A stretch of DNA of 64,000 bases from Gemmatimonadales bacterium (GTDB taxonomy: Bacteria; Gemmatimonadota; Gemmatimonadetes; Gemmatimonadales; GWC2-71-9): NCBI GenBank assembly GCA_038321865.1, contig JBBQFH010000012.1, positions 15,044 to 79,043 of the forward strand. The letters run 5' to 3'. Positions 20,128 to 29,717 of this stretch are shown here, piece after piece. A program made the translations under genes and the position numbers. The first letter of the stretch is position 1; each line of letters starts with the position of its first letter. The notes beneath the pieces were generated by a model. That model was not told where the DNA came from, ran no database searches, and saw only the letters and a list, made by a program, of their open reading frames with translations.

Positions 20128-20673
20128 ATGAAGATCTACACGCGCACCGGCGACGAGGGTGAAACCGGCCTCTTCGGCGGTGGCCGGGTCGCCAAGGACC
20201 ATCCGCGGGTCTCGGCCTACGGCGACGTGGACGAGCTGAATTCGGCGCTCGGCGTCGCACGCGCGGCGGAACCGGCCGCGCTGTTCGACGACCTCCTCGC
20301 CGGCATCCAGCGGGACCTGTTCGCCATCGGCGGCCACCTTGCCACACCCGATCCGGCCAAGGTCGCCCGGGCCCTGGAAAAGGCCGACCTCTCCGAAGAC
20401 CGGATCGCGCTGTTCGAGCGCGCCATGGACGATGCCGACACCGAGCTGCCCGCGCTTCGCGCCTTCGTGCTGCCGGCCGGCACGCCCAAGGCGGCGGCAC
20501 TCCACCTGGCGCGCACGGTCTGCCGGCGAGCCGAGCGGGCCGTCGTCCGCCTGAGCCACGACACCGAGGTGCCGGACCTCTTCATCATCTATCTCAACCG
20601 TCTCTCGGATCTGTTGTTCACGCTGGCCCGGCTGGCCAACCACCGCGGCGGCATCGGCGACGTCACATGGTGA
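20128..20673 (+). CDS. pduO: ATP:cob(I)alamin adenosyltransferase, PduO type
   Basis: MKIYTRTGDEGET, AYGDVDELNS, ARTVCRRAER, YLNRLSDLLF. Confidence 0.95.
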   Translation: MKIYTRTGDEGETGLFGGGRVAKDHPRVSAYGDVDELNSALGVARAAEPAALFDDLLAGIQRDLFAIGGHLATPDPAKVARALEKADLSEDRIALFERAMDDADTELPALRAFVLPAGTPKAAALHLARTVCRRAERAVVRLSHDTEVPDLFIIYLNRLSDLLFTLARLANHRGGIGDVTW

Positions 20674-21743
20674 TCGTCCCGCATCAGGGCGGCAGCTATC
20701 CGGCGCTGGTCGAGCCGGGGCTGCTCGGCCGGCTGCCGGCACTGGTGGCCGAGCACCTGCCGGGGCGGCGGTTGGCGCTCATCAGCGATGACAATGTCGC
20801 CGGCCTGTACGGCCATGACCTCAGCACCGTCGCCGACCTGCTGGTGTTCGCCGCGGGCGAGGCATCCAAGACGCGTGACACGTGGGCCGCGCTCACCGAC
20901 CGGATGCTCGACGCCGGCCACGGCCGGGACAGCGCGGTCGTGGCGCTCGGCGGCGGCGTCGTGGGGGATCTCGCCGGCTTCGTCGCCGCCACCTTCGGAC
21001 GCGGCATCCCGTGGCTCCAGCTGCCGACCTCGCTGCTCGCCATGGTGGATGCCTCGGTGGGAGGCAAGACCGGCGTGGACACCGCCGCCGGCAAGAACCT
21101 CGTCGGCGCATTCCACCCGCCGGTGGCGGTACTGGCCGATCCGCTCGCATTGGCGACGCTGCCTCCGGCCGAGCTGCGCTCCGGCCTGGCCGAGGCGGTC
21201 AAGCACGGTCTCGTCGCCGACTCGGCGTACTTCGAATGGCTGCTGGTGCAGGCGGATGCCATCCTCGCGCTGGAACCGTCGTGCATGACCGAGCTGGTGC
21301 GGCGGAGCGTGGAGCTGAAGGCCGCCATCGTCGGCGCCGACGAGCGGGATCACGGCCGCCGCGCCGTGCTCAATGCCGGCCACACCGTGGCGCACGCCAT
21401 CGAGCGCGCCAGCAGCTATCGTGTGTCCCATGGCGCGGCCGTCGCACTCGGATTGGTGGCCGAAGCGGCGCTGGCCGAGCGGCTCGGCGTCGCGGAAGCC
21501 GGGCTCACCGAGCGGGTCCGCGACGCGCTGGCCCGATTCGGGCTGGCGACCCGGCTCGATCCGCCGATCGGCGGCCGCAGCCTGCTCCACGCCATGCGCG
21601 GCGACAAGAAGAGCCGGGACGGCGCGCTCCGCTTTTCGCTCATCGCCGCGGTCGGCCGGGCCCGGGGCGAGCCAGGTTGCTGGACCGATCCCGCATCCGA
21701 CGAGGAAATCGTGGCGTCGCTCGGCGCGATCGGGGCGGAATAG
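20667..21743 (+). CDS. aroB: 3-dehydroquinate synthase
   Basis: GEASK, ALGGGVVGDLAGF, PTSLLAMVDASVGGKTG, KNLVGAFHPP, LNAGHT, HG. Confidence 0.95.
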   Translation: MVIVPHQGGSYPALVEPGLLGRLPALVAEHLPGRRLALISDDNVAGLYGHDLSTVADLLVFAAGEASKTRDTWAALTDRMLDAGHGRDSAVVALGGGVVGDLAGFVAATFGRGIPWLQLPTSLLAMVDASVGGKTGVDTAAGKNLVGAFHPPVAVLADPLALATLPPAELRSGLAEAVKHGLVADSAYFEWLLVQADAILALEPSCMTELVRRSVELKAAIVGADERDHGRRAVLNAGHTVAHAIERASSYRVSHGAAVALGLVAEAALAERLGVAEAGLTERVRDALARFGLATRLDPPIGGRSLLHAMRGDKKSRDGALRFSLIAAVGRARGEPGCWTDPASDEEIVASLGAIGAE

Positions 21744-21859
21744 CGGCACCGGAGCCACAGATCCGACATTCCACACAGTCGCAGGTATCGCCCCGCCGGT
21801 GGATAAACAGCCGAACCCCTCGCTAACAAACGATTTGTGATGTGGATAGCGGGATTCTA

Positions 21860-21888
21860 TTGACTGCGCCTCACTTTTTTCCCATATT
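21860..21888 (+). promoter_or_regulatory. Putative sigma-70 promoter of the sigma factor gene
   Basis: TTGACT-N17-CATATT. Confidence 0.55.
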
Positions 21889-21970
21889 CCGGTCTCCCAT
21901 CACAGGCCCGCCGGGCCACCGAACGCTTCCATGGCTGCGTCGTCGCATAAACTCGCGCTGGGGTCGAATC

Positions 21971-22864
21971 ATGGCTCAAGTACGCTCCGGGAAGGCACGC
22001 CCGGCCCTTCGTTCCGCGCCCACCGGCTCATTCGACCAGTACCTGCACGACATCCAGAAGCTTCCCATGATCACCGACATCAACGAAGAGCGCCGCCTGG
22101 CCCGGCTGGCGCAGCTCGGTGATGCCGCGGCGGCGGAGCGCCTCGTCACCGCCAACCTGCGATTCGTGATCTCCTACGTGAAGCGCTACCAGGGACACGG
22201 GCTGGAGCTGTCGGAGCTGGTGGCGATCGGCAACGAGGGTCTCCTCAAGGCGGTCCGGAAGTTCGATCCCGAGCACGGCGTCAAGTTCATCTCCTACGCC
22301 GTCTGGTGGGTGCGCCAGGCGGTCCTCAAGGCGCTGGCCGAGCAGACCCGCACGGTGCGGATCCCGCTCAACCAGAACGCCGCGCTGGTCAAGATGGGCC
22401 GCGTGGCCAGCCTTCTCTCCCAGGAGCTCGGCCGGGAGGCGACCGACGGCGAGCTCGCGATGGCGCTGGGCGACACGATCGAGGGCATCCGCGCCGCCCG
22501 CCGCATGACCACCACCGAGGTGTCGCTCGATGCCCCGGTGGAACGGCAGGACCGGGCCGGCACCACCTTCGGCGAGCGGGTCCCCGGCACCGGCGGCACC
22601 GACATCGAGGAGATGACCGACGCGCGGCTCATGCGCGAGTTCATCGACCGGCTCTTCGCCCGCCACCTGACGCCGCGCGAACGCAAGATCCTTACGCTCT
22701 ACTATGGGCTCGAGGAAGGCTCCGAGGCGCTGACGCTCGAAAAGATCGGCGAGCTGCTCGGCGTCACCCGCGAGCGCATCCGCCAGATCCGCGAGCGCGC
22801 GTTCGAGAAGCTGCGCGAGTCGCCTGATGTGATGCTGCTGGAAAGGTTCTGCGGCGCCGCCTGA
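21971..22864 (+). CDS. RNA polymerase sigma-70 family factor (RpoD/RpoS-like, no region 1.1)
   Basis: LVTANLRFV, GNEGLLKAVRKFD, KFISYAVWWVRQ, SLDAPV, TLEKIGELLGVTRERIRQI. Confidence 0.93.
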   Translation: MAQVRSGKARPALRSAPTGSFDQYLHDIQKLPMITDINEERRLARLAQLGDAAAAERLVTANLRFVISYVKRYQGHGLELSELVAIGNEGLLKAVRKFDPEHGVKFISYAVWWVRQAVLKALAEQTRTVRIPLNQNAALVKMGRVASLLSQELGREATDGELAMALGDTIEGIRAARRMTTTEVSLDAPVERQDRAGTTFGERVPGTGGTDIEEMTDARLMREFIDRLFARHLTPRERKILTLYYGLEEGSEALTLEKIGELLGVTRERIRQIRERAFEKLRESPDVMLLERFCGAA

Positions 22865-22873
22865 CCTCGAAAC

Positions 22874-22894
22874 GGGGCGGCGCTCGTCCGCCCC
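22874..22894 (+). terminator. GC-rich hairpin after the sigma factor gene
   Basis: GGGGCGG-N7-CCGCCCC; weak U-tract. Confidence 0.45.
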
Positions 22895-22910
22895 CGCTTA
22901 GATTTCCCGC

Positions 22911-24329
22911 ATGACCCCCGCGCTCATCGCCGAGCTCACCGGTATCGTCGGACCCCGCTGGGTGCGCCACCGGCGCGCCGAGCTCGCGACGTATACCATG
23001 GACGGGCTGCCGACGCGGGAGTCGGTGCCCGGGCTGGTGGTACTGCCCGGCAGCCGCACGGAGATCATCGCCGTCGTGCAGGCGCTCGCCCGCGCCGGCG
23101 TCCCCTTCGTCGCACGGGGTGCCGGCACCGGCCTTTCCGGCGGGGCGCTCGCCGAGAGCGACGCGGTGCTCATCACCCTTACCCGGCTCACCCGCATCAT
23201 CTCGATCGATCCCGTCGCCCGGCGCGCGGTGCTCGAGCCGGGCGTCGTGAATGCCCGGCTCTCCGAGGCGGCGCTGCCTTACGGACTCGCCTACGTCCCC
23301 GACCCGTCCAGCCAGAGCGCGTGCACCGTGGGCGGCAACGTCGCCGAAAATGCCGGTGGCCCCCACTGCCTCAAGTACGGTGTCACCACCAACCACATCG
23401 CGGCACTCGAGGTCGTGCTGCCCGACGGCAGCCTGGTCCGGCTGGGCTCCGGCTCCGGCGAGCCCTGGGGCCCGGACCTGGTCGGACTGTTCGTCGGCAG
23501 CGAGGGGATGTTCGGCATCGCCACCGAGATCACCGTCCGTCTCGAGCCGATTCCCGTCAGCGTCCATACCATGCTCGCGGACTTCGCCAGCGTGCGCCAG
23601 GCCAGCGAAGCGGTGTCCGCCATCATCGCGTCGGGCGTGATGCCCGCGGCGCTCGAGATGATGGACCGCGCCTGCGTCGCCGCGGTCGAGGCGTCCATCT
23701 ACGCCGCCGGCTACCCGACCGATGCGGACGCCGTCCTCCTGGTCGAGATGGACGGCGACGCCGATGCGGTCGCCGGCGAGTCCATCGCGGTCGAGGCGAT
23801 GCTGCACGCCCATGGCGCCCGCAGCGTACGGAGCGCGACCAGCCCGGCCGAGCGCGCCCGGCTCTGGCAGGGCCGCAAGAAGGCGTTCGGGGCGATGGGG
23901 CGGATCGCGCCGGATCTCGCCGTGCAGGACGCGGTCGTTCCGCGTTCCACCCTTCCCGACGTCCTCGACCGCATCACCGAGATCAGCGCGCGCCACCGTC
24001 TCACCGTGAGCAACGTCTTCCACGCCGGCGACGGCAATCTGCATCCGAACATCAGCTTCGACCGGCGCGACCTCGAGCTGTCCGCGCGGGTGCACCAGGC
24101 CAGCCGCGAGATCATGGAAGCGTGCGTCGCCGCCGGCGGCAGCATCACCGGCGAGCACGGAGTCGGTTCCGACAAGCGCGAGTACATGCCGCTGATCTTC
24201 GACCCGCCGACCCTCGACGCGATGTGCGCCGTGCGCCGCGTGTTCGACCCCGACACCCGCGCCAACCCGCTCAAGGTCTTCCCCACCCATACCTGCCGCG
24301 AATGGCGCGCCGGCGGCGTCCATGAGTGA
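22911..24329 (+). CDS. glcD: Glycolate oxidase-like FAD-linked subunit D
   Basis: RGAGTGLSGGA, PDPSS, GGNVAENAGG, KYG, HAGDGNLHP, GEHGVG. Confidence 0.9.
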   Translation: MTPALIAELTGIVGPRWVRHRRAELATYTMDGLPTRESVPGLVVLPGSRTEIIAVVQALARAGVPFVARGAGTGLSGGALAESDAVLITLTRLTRIISIDPVARRAVLEPGVVNARLSEAALPYGLAYVPDPSSQSACTVGGNVAENAGGPHCLKYGVTTNHIAALEVVLPDGSLVRLGSGSGEPWGPDLVGLFVGSEGMFGIATEITVRLEPIPVSVHTMLADFASVRQASEAVSAIIASGVMPAALEMMDRACVAAVEASIYAAGYPTDADAVLLVEMDGDADAVAGESIAVEAMLHAHGARSVRSATSPAERARLWQGRKKAFGAMGRIAPDLAVQDAVVPRSTLPDVLDRITEISARHRLTVSNVFHAGDGNLHPNISFDRRDLELSARVHQASREIMEACVAAGGSITGEHGVGSDKREYMPLIFDPPTLDAMCAVRRVFDPDTRANPLKVFPTHTCREWRAGGVHE

Positions 24330-25539
24330 CGTCCTCGTGCGGCTCAAGGCGCTGCTCGGCGCCGCCGGCGTCGAGCGCGATCCCGACGGCCTCCCCCGGG
24401 CCACCCCCGACACCGCAGACGCCGTGGCCCAGGTCTGCCGGCTGGCCCACGAGGAGCAGTGGAAGATCCGGGTCGAGGGTCAGGGCACCTGGCTCGCCGC
24501 CGACGCCCCCGCCGACTTCGCCCTCTCGACTCGCGGGCTCGATCAGGTCGTCTCGGTCAGCCCGGCGGATCTCGTGGCGACGGTGCAGGCCGGCGCCCCG
24601 ATCGAGTCGGTCCGCCGCCGACTCGCCGACGACGGCATGTGGCTCGCCCTCGATCCGCCCGGGCGCCCCGAGCGGAGCCTCGGCTCGATCGTCGCCACGG
24701 CGACCGCGGGCCCGCTGCGCCTCGCCTTCGGTCCGGTGCGCGACCACATCCTCGGCTGCACCGTCGCCACCGGCGACGGCCAGCTCGTCCGCGCCGGCGG
24801 ACGGGTCGTGAAGAACGTCGCGGGCTATGACCTCACCAAGCTGCAGGTCGGCGGCTTCGGCGGTTTCGGCGTGGTGACGGACGTGCATCTCCGGCTCCGC
24901 GCACTCCCCCGCGCCGATGTGACGCTGGTGACCCGCGCCGCGCGCGACGTGCTCACCGCCATGGGCCGCGATCTGACCGGCGCCGGGATCGCACCGAGCG
25001 CGCTGGAACTGCTGTCGCCTACCCTCGCCGCCGACGCCGAATGGGTGCTCGGCGCCCGGTTCGCCGGGACCGATGCGGCGGTGCAGTCGGGCGCGCGCGG
25101 CCTGCAGGCGGTGAGCGGCCTCGCCTGGCACCTGCTCCCGGCTGACCGGAGCGCAGCCTTCTGGGCGCTGGCCGGCCGCGCCGCGCTGGGCGGCCCCGTC
25201 ACCCTGCGCCTCGGTGTCCTCGCCGATGGCCTCGACGACACCCTCGACATCGTCGCGCACCATCTCGATGAAGGGCTGATCTCCGCCGGCGCCGGCGGTG
25301 GGATGCTCCGCTGGACCGGTGAGGCCAGCGTGGAGCGCCTGCGGGCGGTCCGTCGCATCGCCGCGGCGCGCGAGATCCCGATGACGATCGAGCGCGCGCC
25401 GTGGCCTCTCCGCCGCGCCGTTGGGCACTTCGGCGCCTATCGCGAAGGCGTCGGCCGGCTGGTCGGCCGGCTGCGCGACACCTTCGATCCGCACCTGTCG
25501 CTCCAGATTGCGCTCGAAGGCGACGATGCCGCCACCTGA
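24322..25539 (+). CDS. glcE: Glycolate oxidase-like FAD-binding subunit E
   Basis: GGRVVKNVAGYDLTKL motif; lies between glcD and glcF. Confidence 0.88.
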   Translation: MSDVLVRLKALLGAAGVERDPDGLPRATPDTADAVAQVCRLAHEEQWKIRVEGQGTWLAADAPADFALSTRGLDQVVSVSPADLVATVQAGAPIESVRRRLADDGMWLALDPPGRPERSLGSIVATATAGPLRLAFGPVRDHILGCTVATGDGQLVRAGGRVVKNVAGYDLTKLQVGGFGGFGVVTDVHLRLRALPRADVTLVTRAARDVLTAMGRDLTGAGIAPSALELLSPTLAADAEWVLGARFAGTDAAVQSGARGLQAVSGLAWHLLPADRSAAFWALAGRAALGGPVTLRLGVLADGLDDTLDIVAHHLDEGLISAGAGGGMLRWTGEASVERLRAVRRIAAAREIPMTIERAPWPLRRAVGHFGAYREGVGRLVGRLRDTFDPHLSLQIALEGDDAAT

Positions 25540-26803
25540 GTCGCCGCACCGCGCGTCGGGCTATGCCGCGCTCGACCCGTGCGTCCACTGCGGCTTCTGC
25601 CTTCCCGCCTGCCCCACCTATCTCGCCACCGGTGACGAGGCCGACAGTCCCCGCGGCCGCATCATGCTGATGCGGGCGCTCGAACGCGGCGAGATCCCGG
25701 CCGACGACGGCGGGCTGGTGCAGCACCTCGATGCCTGTCTCGGCTGCCGCGGCTGTGAGCCGATATGCCCATCCGGCGTGGGATACGGTCGCGGACTCGA
25801 AGCCGCCCGCGAACAGCTCGCGGCGGCGAATGGCCTCGGCCCGCGGGCGCGCGCGGTGCTCGGGGTGTTCCGCCGTTCACCGCTGTGGCGCGCCGCCTTC
25901 ACCAGCGCGCGCTGGCTCCGGCGCACCGGCCTGCCGGCGCGATTCGCCGGCGCGGGCAATGCGGCGTTCGGCCTGGGCATGCTCGCGGCAACCCGCCCGC
26001 TCCGCATCCCGCACGGAGAACCGGCGGCCTCGGGCGCCCGCGGGACCGTCGCGCTCTTCCGCGGCTGCGTCATGGACACCCTGTTTCGCCACGTGCACGA
26101 TGCGACGCGACGCACCCTCGAGGCCAACGGCTACACCGTGATCGAGGTCGGCGGGCAGGTATGCTGTGGCGCCCTGCACGAGCATGCCGGCGCCCGTTCC
26201 GGCGCCGAGGCGCTCGCGCGCCGGAACGTCGCCGCCCTGGCCGGGAAGGCGGACTACATCGTGGTCAACAGCGCCGGATGCGGCGCCCTCCTCAAGGACT
26301 ACGGTCACCTGCTCGGCACCGACGCGGCCGCTCGATTCGGATCGCAGGTGCGCGACGTGACCGAGCTGCTCGCCGCCGCCGGGCCACGCTCGGGCGGCGC
26401 GCTCGACCTCGACGTGGCGTACGACGCGCCCTGTCATCTTCAGCACGCGCAGCGGGTGCAGGCCCCCCCGCTCGCCTTGCTCGCGGCAATTCCGGGACTT
26501 CGGCTGACCGTTCTTCCCGGCTCCGAGCGGTGCTGCGGCAGCGCCGGCATCTACTCCATGCTCCATCCGGAGATGGCGCGCGCGGTGCTGGATCTCAAGC
26601 TCGCCGAGCTGGCGGCGGCGGTGCCGCGTCCGGCCATCGTCGCGACGGGGAACCCGGGCTGCCTCATGCAAATCGGCGCGGGACTCCGCGCGGCGCGGCT
26701 CCCGATTGCGGTCGCGCACCCCGTTGAGTTGCTCGATTGGTCATACGAGGCCGGCGGCATCTACGGCTATATTCCGCCATGGAAGCCGCTGAGATCGACC
26801 TGA
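25526..26803 (+). CDS. glcF: Glycolate oxidase-like iron-sulfur subunit F
   Basis: CVHCGFCLPACP and CLGCRGCEPICP 4Fe-4S motifs; two CCG domains; NPGCLMQ. Confidence 0.9.
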   Translation: MPPPESPHRASGYAALDPCVHCGFCLPACPTYLATGDEADSPRGRIMLMRALERGEIPADDGGLVQHLDACLGCRGCEPICPSGVGYGRGLEAAREQLAAANGLGPRARAVLGVFRRSPLWRAAFTSARWLRRTGLPARFAGAGNAAFGLGMLAATRPLRIPHGEPAASGARGTVALFRGCVMDTLFRHVHDATRRTLEANGYTVIEVGGQVCCGALHEHAGARSGAEALARRNVAALAGKADYIVVNSAGCGALLKDYGHLLGTDAAARFGSQVRDVTELLAAAGPRSGGALDLDVAYDAPCHLQHAQRVQAPPLALLAAIPGLRLTVLPGSERCCGSAGIYSMLHPEMARAVLDLKLAELAAAVPRPAIVATGNPGCLMQIGAGLRAARLPIAVAHPVELLDWSYEAGGIYGYIPPWKPLRST

Positions 26804-27774
26804 CCCTCGACCGTGCGCAGCTGGAGCGCGTCCGTCAGGGATCGGTCATCGTCACCACGTTCCCCACCGTGCTCCGAATCGAGGGCGCCGGCGCGCTCCA
26901 GTGCCTTCAGGGTCTGCTCACCAACGATCTCGCCAAGCCGGGCGACCACAGCCTCGTCTACGGCGCGCTGCTCACCCCGAAGGGCGCCATCGTGGTGGAC
27001 TTCTGGGTTGCCCGCGCGGCGGACGGGTTCACGCTGGTCGCCGCGCCGGGTGCGCGCGACGCCTCGCTCGACCTCTTCCGCCGGCAGCTGCCGCCGCGCC
27101 TGGCGCGGCTCACCGACCAGACGGGCGAAGTGCAGGTCAGCTGGCTCGTCGGCGCGGGCGCCTTCCAGACCCTGGCCAAGGCCGGGCTGGGCCCGCTGCC
27201 CGAAGCGGCTGGCCGCGTGTCGGTGGTGGACACGATCCAGGGCCGCCTGATCATGGCGCTCGCGCCGGAGCGCGCCCCATTCGCCGCCTTCATGCTCGGA
27301 CCGGCCAGCGCCATCACGCTCGCCGGTGACACCCTCCGGGGCGCTGGCGGCATCGACGGTACCGCCGCGGACCTCGACGCCGCCCGCATTCTGGCCGGCT
27401 GGCCGACACTCGGCGCCGAAATCGATGACCGCACGCTCCCGCAGGAGGTGCGCTACGATGAAATCGGCGGGGTGTCGTACACCAAGGGCTGCTACACCGG
27501 TCAGGAAACCGTCGCTCGGCTCCACTTTCGCGGCCACACCAACCGCGAGCTCCGTGGGCTTCGCTGGCCCGGGAGCGCAATGCTCGACTCACGGCAGGTG
27601 ACGCGGGACGGCAAGGAAGTCGGCGTGGTCCGCTCGACGCTGGGGCTGGACGACCGGATGCTCGGGCTGGCGATGCTGCGGCGGGAAGTGGCGGTGGGCG
27701 ACCTGGTCACGGCGGGCGGGCGGGAGGCGACCGTCGTCGCGCTGCCGTTCGGCGCGGCGGACCTCGAGGTCTGA
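26779..27774 (+). CDS. ygfZ: Folate-binding Fe-S cluster repair protein YgfZ (GcvT-like)
   Basis: KGCYTGQE signature; LQGLLTND. Confidence 0.9.
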   Translation: MEAAEIDLTLDRAQLERVRQGSVIVTTFPTVLRIEGAGALQCLQGLLTNDLAKPGDHSLVYGALLTPKGAIVVDFWVARAADGFTLVAAPGARDASLDLFRRQLPPRLARLTDQTGEVQVSWLVGAGAFQTLAKAGLGPLPEAAGRVSVVDTIQGRLIMALAPERAPFAAFMLGPASAITLAGDTLRGAGGIDGTAADLDAARILAGWPTLGAEIDDRTLPQEVRYDEIGGVSYTKGCYTGQETVARLHFRGHTNRELRGLRWPGSAMLDSRQVTRDGKEVGVVRSTLGLDDRMLGLAMLRREVAVGDLVTAGGREATVVALPFGAADLEV

Positions 27775-27793
27775 TCGGGGGTAAAACGATCGA

Positions 27794-27815
27794 GCCCGGA
27801 ACCGTGGTCCCGGGC
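27794..27815. terminator. Hairpin between convergent genes
   Basis: GCCCGGAACC-GT-GGTCCCGGGC (one mismatch). Confidence 0.45.
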
Positions 27816-27841
27816 CCAATACGACAGTGCGGAGCAGCGCT

Positions 27842-28057
27842 CTACTTGGTCTTGGTGGTATCCCGGACCATCATCGAATCGACCTTCTTGGTGCTGTCCA
27901 TCCGCATCATGCCGGTGTCGCCCGCCATGCGCGTGGTGTCGCTCGACATCGTGGTGGTCGTGGTGCTGGTCATCGTGGTGTCGGCCGTGACCGAGGCGTC
28001 CTTCTTGGTGCCGCACGCCGCCAGGACGATAACAGCCGCAATCGCAAGCTTCTTCAT
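27842..28057 (-). CDS. Small Thr/Met/Asp-rich lipoprotein (71 aa)
   Basis: MKKLAIAAVIVLAAC lipobox; GAAGGA RBS; upstream TTGACA-N16-TAGTTT (28164-28137). Confidence 0.8.
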   Translation of the reverse strand: MKKLAIAAVIVLAACGTKKDASVTADTTMTSTTTTTMSSDTTRMAGDTGMMRMDSTKKVDSMMVRDTTKTK

Positions 28058-28252
28058 TGTGGTTCCTTCTCAGGGATAAGGTGGCAAGACGTCGAGAGCC
28101 ATGCCCCGCACTGTCGCAGAGGCATAACGGCGCACGAAACTACCGCCAATCGCGATTTTGTCAAGTCGCGCGCAGGCCGGCGGATTTCAGTATGGTTAAC
28201 CCAAATGATTATACCACAATAGCTTAATATAGCAAGGAGCAGCTGACTCACC

Positions 28253-29713
28253 ATGAGCCTCCCCCGCACATTCGGCGACCTCAAGCAGAGCGAGTGGGCC
28301 GACGCGCCCCTCCGCGGCCGCGGCGTTCGCGACGAGCTGCGCACCAATCTGCTCGCCCGCCTCGGCTCCGGAGCGCCGCTGTTCCCCGGCATCGTGGGCT
28401 ACGAGGACACCATCGAGCCCCAGCTGGTCAACGCGCTCCTGGCCCGCCACCATTTCATCCTTCTCGGTCTCCGCGGTCAGGCCAAGAGCCGGATCCTGCG
28501 CGCCCTGGTCGGGTTCCTCGACCCGCGCATGCCGGTCGTGGCCGGCAGCGAGGTCAACGATGATCCGTTTGCCCCCATCTCGAAGTTCGCCCGCGAGCGG
28601 ATCGCGGAATGCGGGGACGCCACGCCGATCGGCTGGGTGGACCGCTCACAGCGCTACGTCGAGAAGCTGGCGACGCCCGACGTCACCATCGCCGACCTGA
28701 TCGGCGACCTCGATCCGATCAAGGCCGCGCGCGGCGGGCACATCCTCTCGGATGAGCTCACCATGCACTACGGGCTCCTGCCGCGCGCCAACCGCGGGAT
28801 CTTCGCGATCAACGAGCTGCCCGACCTCAGCGGCAAGGTCCAGGTCGGCCTCTTCAACATCATGCAGGAAGGCGACGTGCAGATCAAAGGGTACCCGGTC
28901 CGCCTGCCGCTCGACGTGCTGCTCGCGTTCACCGCCAACCCCGAGGACTACACCGCGCGCGGCAAGATCATCACGCCCCTGAAGGACCGGATCGGCTCCG
29001 AGATCATCACCCACTACCCGCGCACGCTCGAGCTGGGCATGGAGATCACCGCCCAGGAGGCGTGGACCGCGCGGGGCGGGCTCCCGCTCCGGATTCCCGA
29101 CTTCATGGCGGAACTGGTCGAGCGTGTGGCCTTCGAGGGCCGGGAGGACAAGCGGGTGGACAAGCGTTCGGGTGTGAGCCAGCGCCTGCCGATCAGTGTG
29201 CTGGAGAACGCCGTCTCCAACGCCGAACGGCGGGCAGTGGCGCTGGGCGAGAAGGAGGTGATGCCGCGCGTGAGCGATGTCTACGCGGCGGTGCCGTCCA
29301 TCACCGGAAAGCTCGAGCTGGAATACGAAGGGGAGCTGCAGGGCGGCGACGTGATCGCCCGCGAGCTCATCCGGCGCGCTGCTGGTCACACCCTCGCGGC
29401 CCGGCTCGGCGACGCCGACCTTCTCGGCGTCGTCACCTGGTTCGACCAGGGCGGGGCCCTCAAGGTCTCGGGTGATCAGCGCTCCGATATCTGCCTGAAG
29501 GGATTTGGCGTGGTTCCCGGACTCGTCGATACAGCGGAGCGCATCGGGCTCGGCGCCCGGGGAGACGCGGCGCTGACCGTCGCGGGATGCGAGCTGATTC
29601 TGGAAGGCCTGGCGGCGGAGAAGCGGATCAGCCGCAGCGAGGAGCTGGGCTATAGCCGCGCCAGGCCGGAGCGGCGCGAGCCGCCCTACGGGAAGGGGCT
29701 GGCATTTGGGTAA
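28253..29713 (+). CDS. AAA+ ATPase, Mg-chelatase ChlI/MoxR-like
   Basis: Walker A variant GLRGQAKS, RANRGIFAINE, TANPEDYT, LKDRIGS; AAGGAG RBS. Confidence 0.9.
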   Translation: MSLPRTFGDLKQSEWADAPLRGRGVRDELRTNLLARLGSGAPLFPGIVGYEDTIEPQLVNALLARHHFILLGLRGQAKSRILRALVGFLDPRMPVVAGSEVNDDPFAPISKFARERIAECGDATPIGWVDRSQRYVEKLATPDVTIADLIGDLDPIKAARGGHILSDELTMHYGLLPRANRGIFAINELPDLSGKVQVGLFNIMQEGDVQIKGYPVRLPLDVLLAFTANPEDYTARGKIITPLKDRIGSEIITHYPRTLELGMEITAQEAWTARGGLPLRIPDFMAELVERVAFEGREDKRVDKRSGVSQRLPISVLENAVSNAERRAVALGEKEVMPRVSDVYAAVPSITGKLELEYEGELQGGDVIARELIRRAAGHTLAARLGDADLLGVVTWFDQGGALKVSGDQRSDICLKGFGVVPGLVDTAERIGLGARGDAALTVAGCELILEGLAAEKRISRSEELGYSRARPERREPPYGKGLAFG

Positions 29714-29717
29714 TTCC

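Noticed and set aside
18712..20742. Apparent 653-aa and 583-aa fusion ORFs in the ORF track
   Set aside because: Upstream in-frame extensions over neighbouring genes; family N-termini and RBSs place the starts at 20128 (pduO) and 20019 (FNR)
21760..21890. Chromosomal replication origin
   Set aside because: Only two near-consensus boxes, no clear unwinding element and no dnaA/dnaN/gidA nearby; kept only as a possible regulatory site
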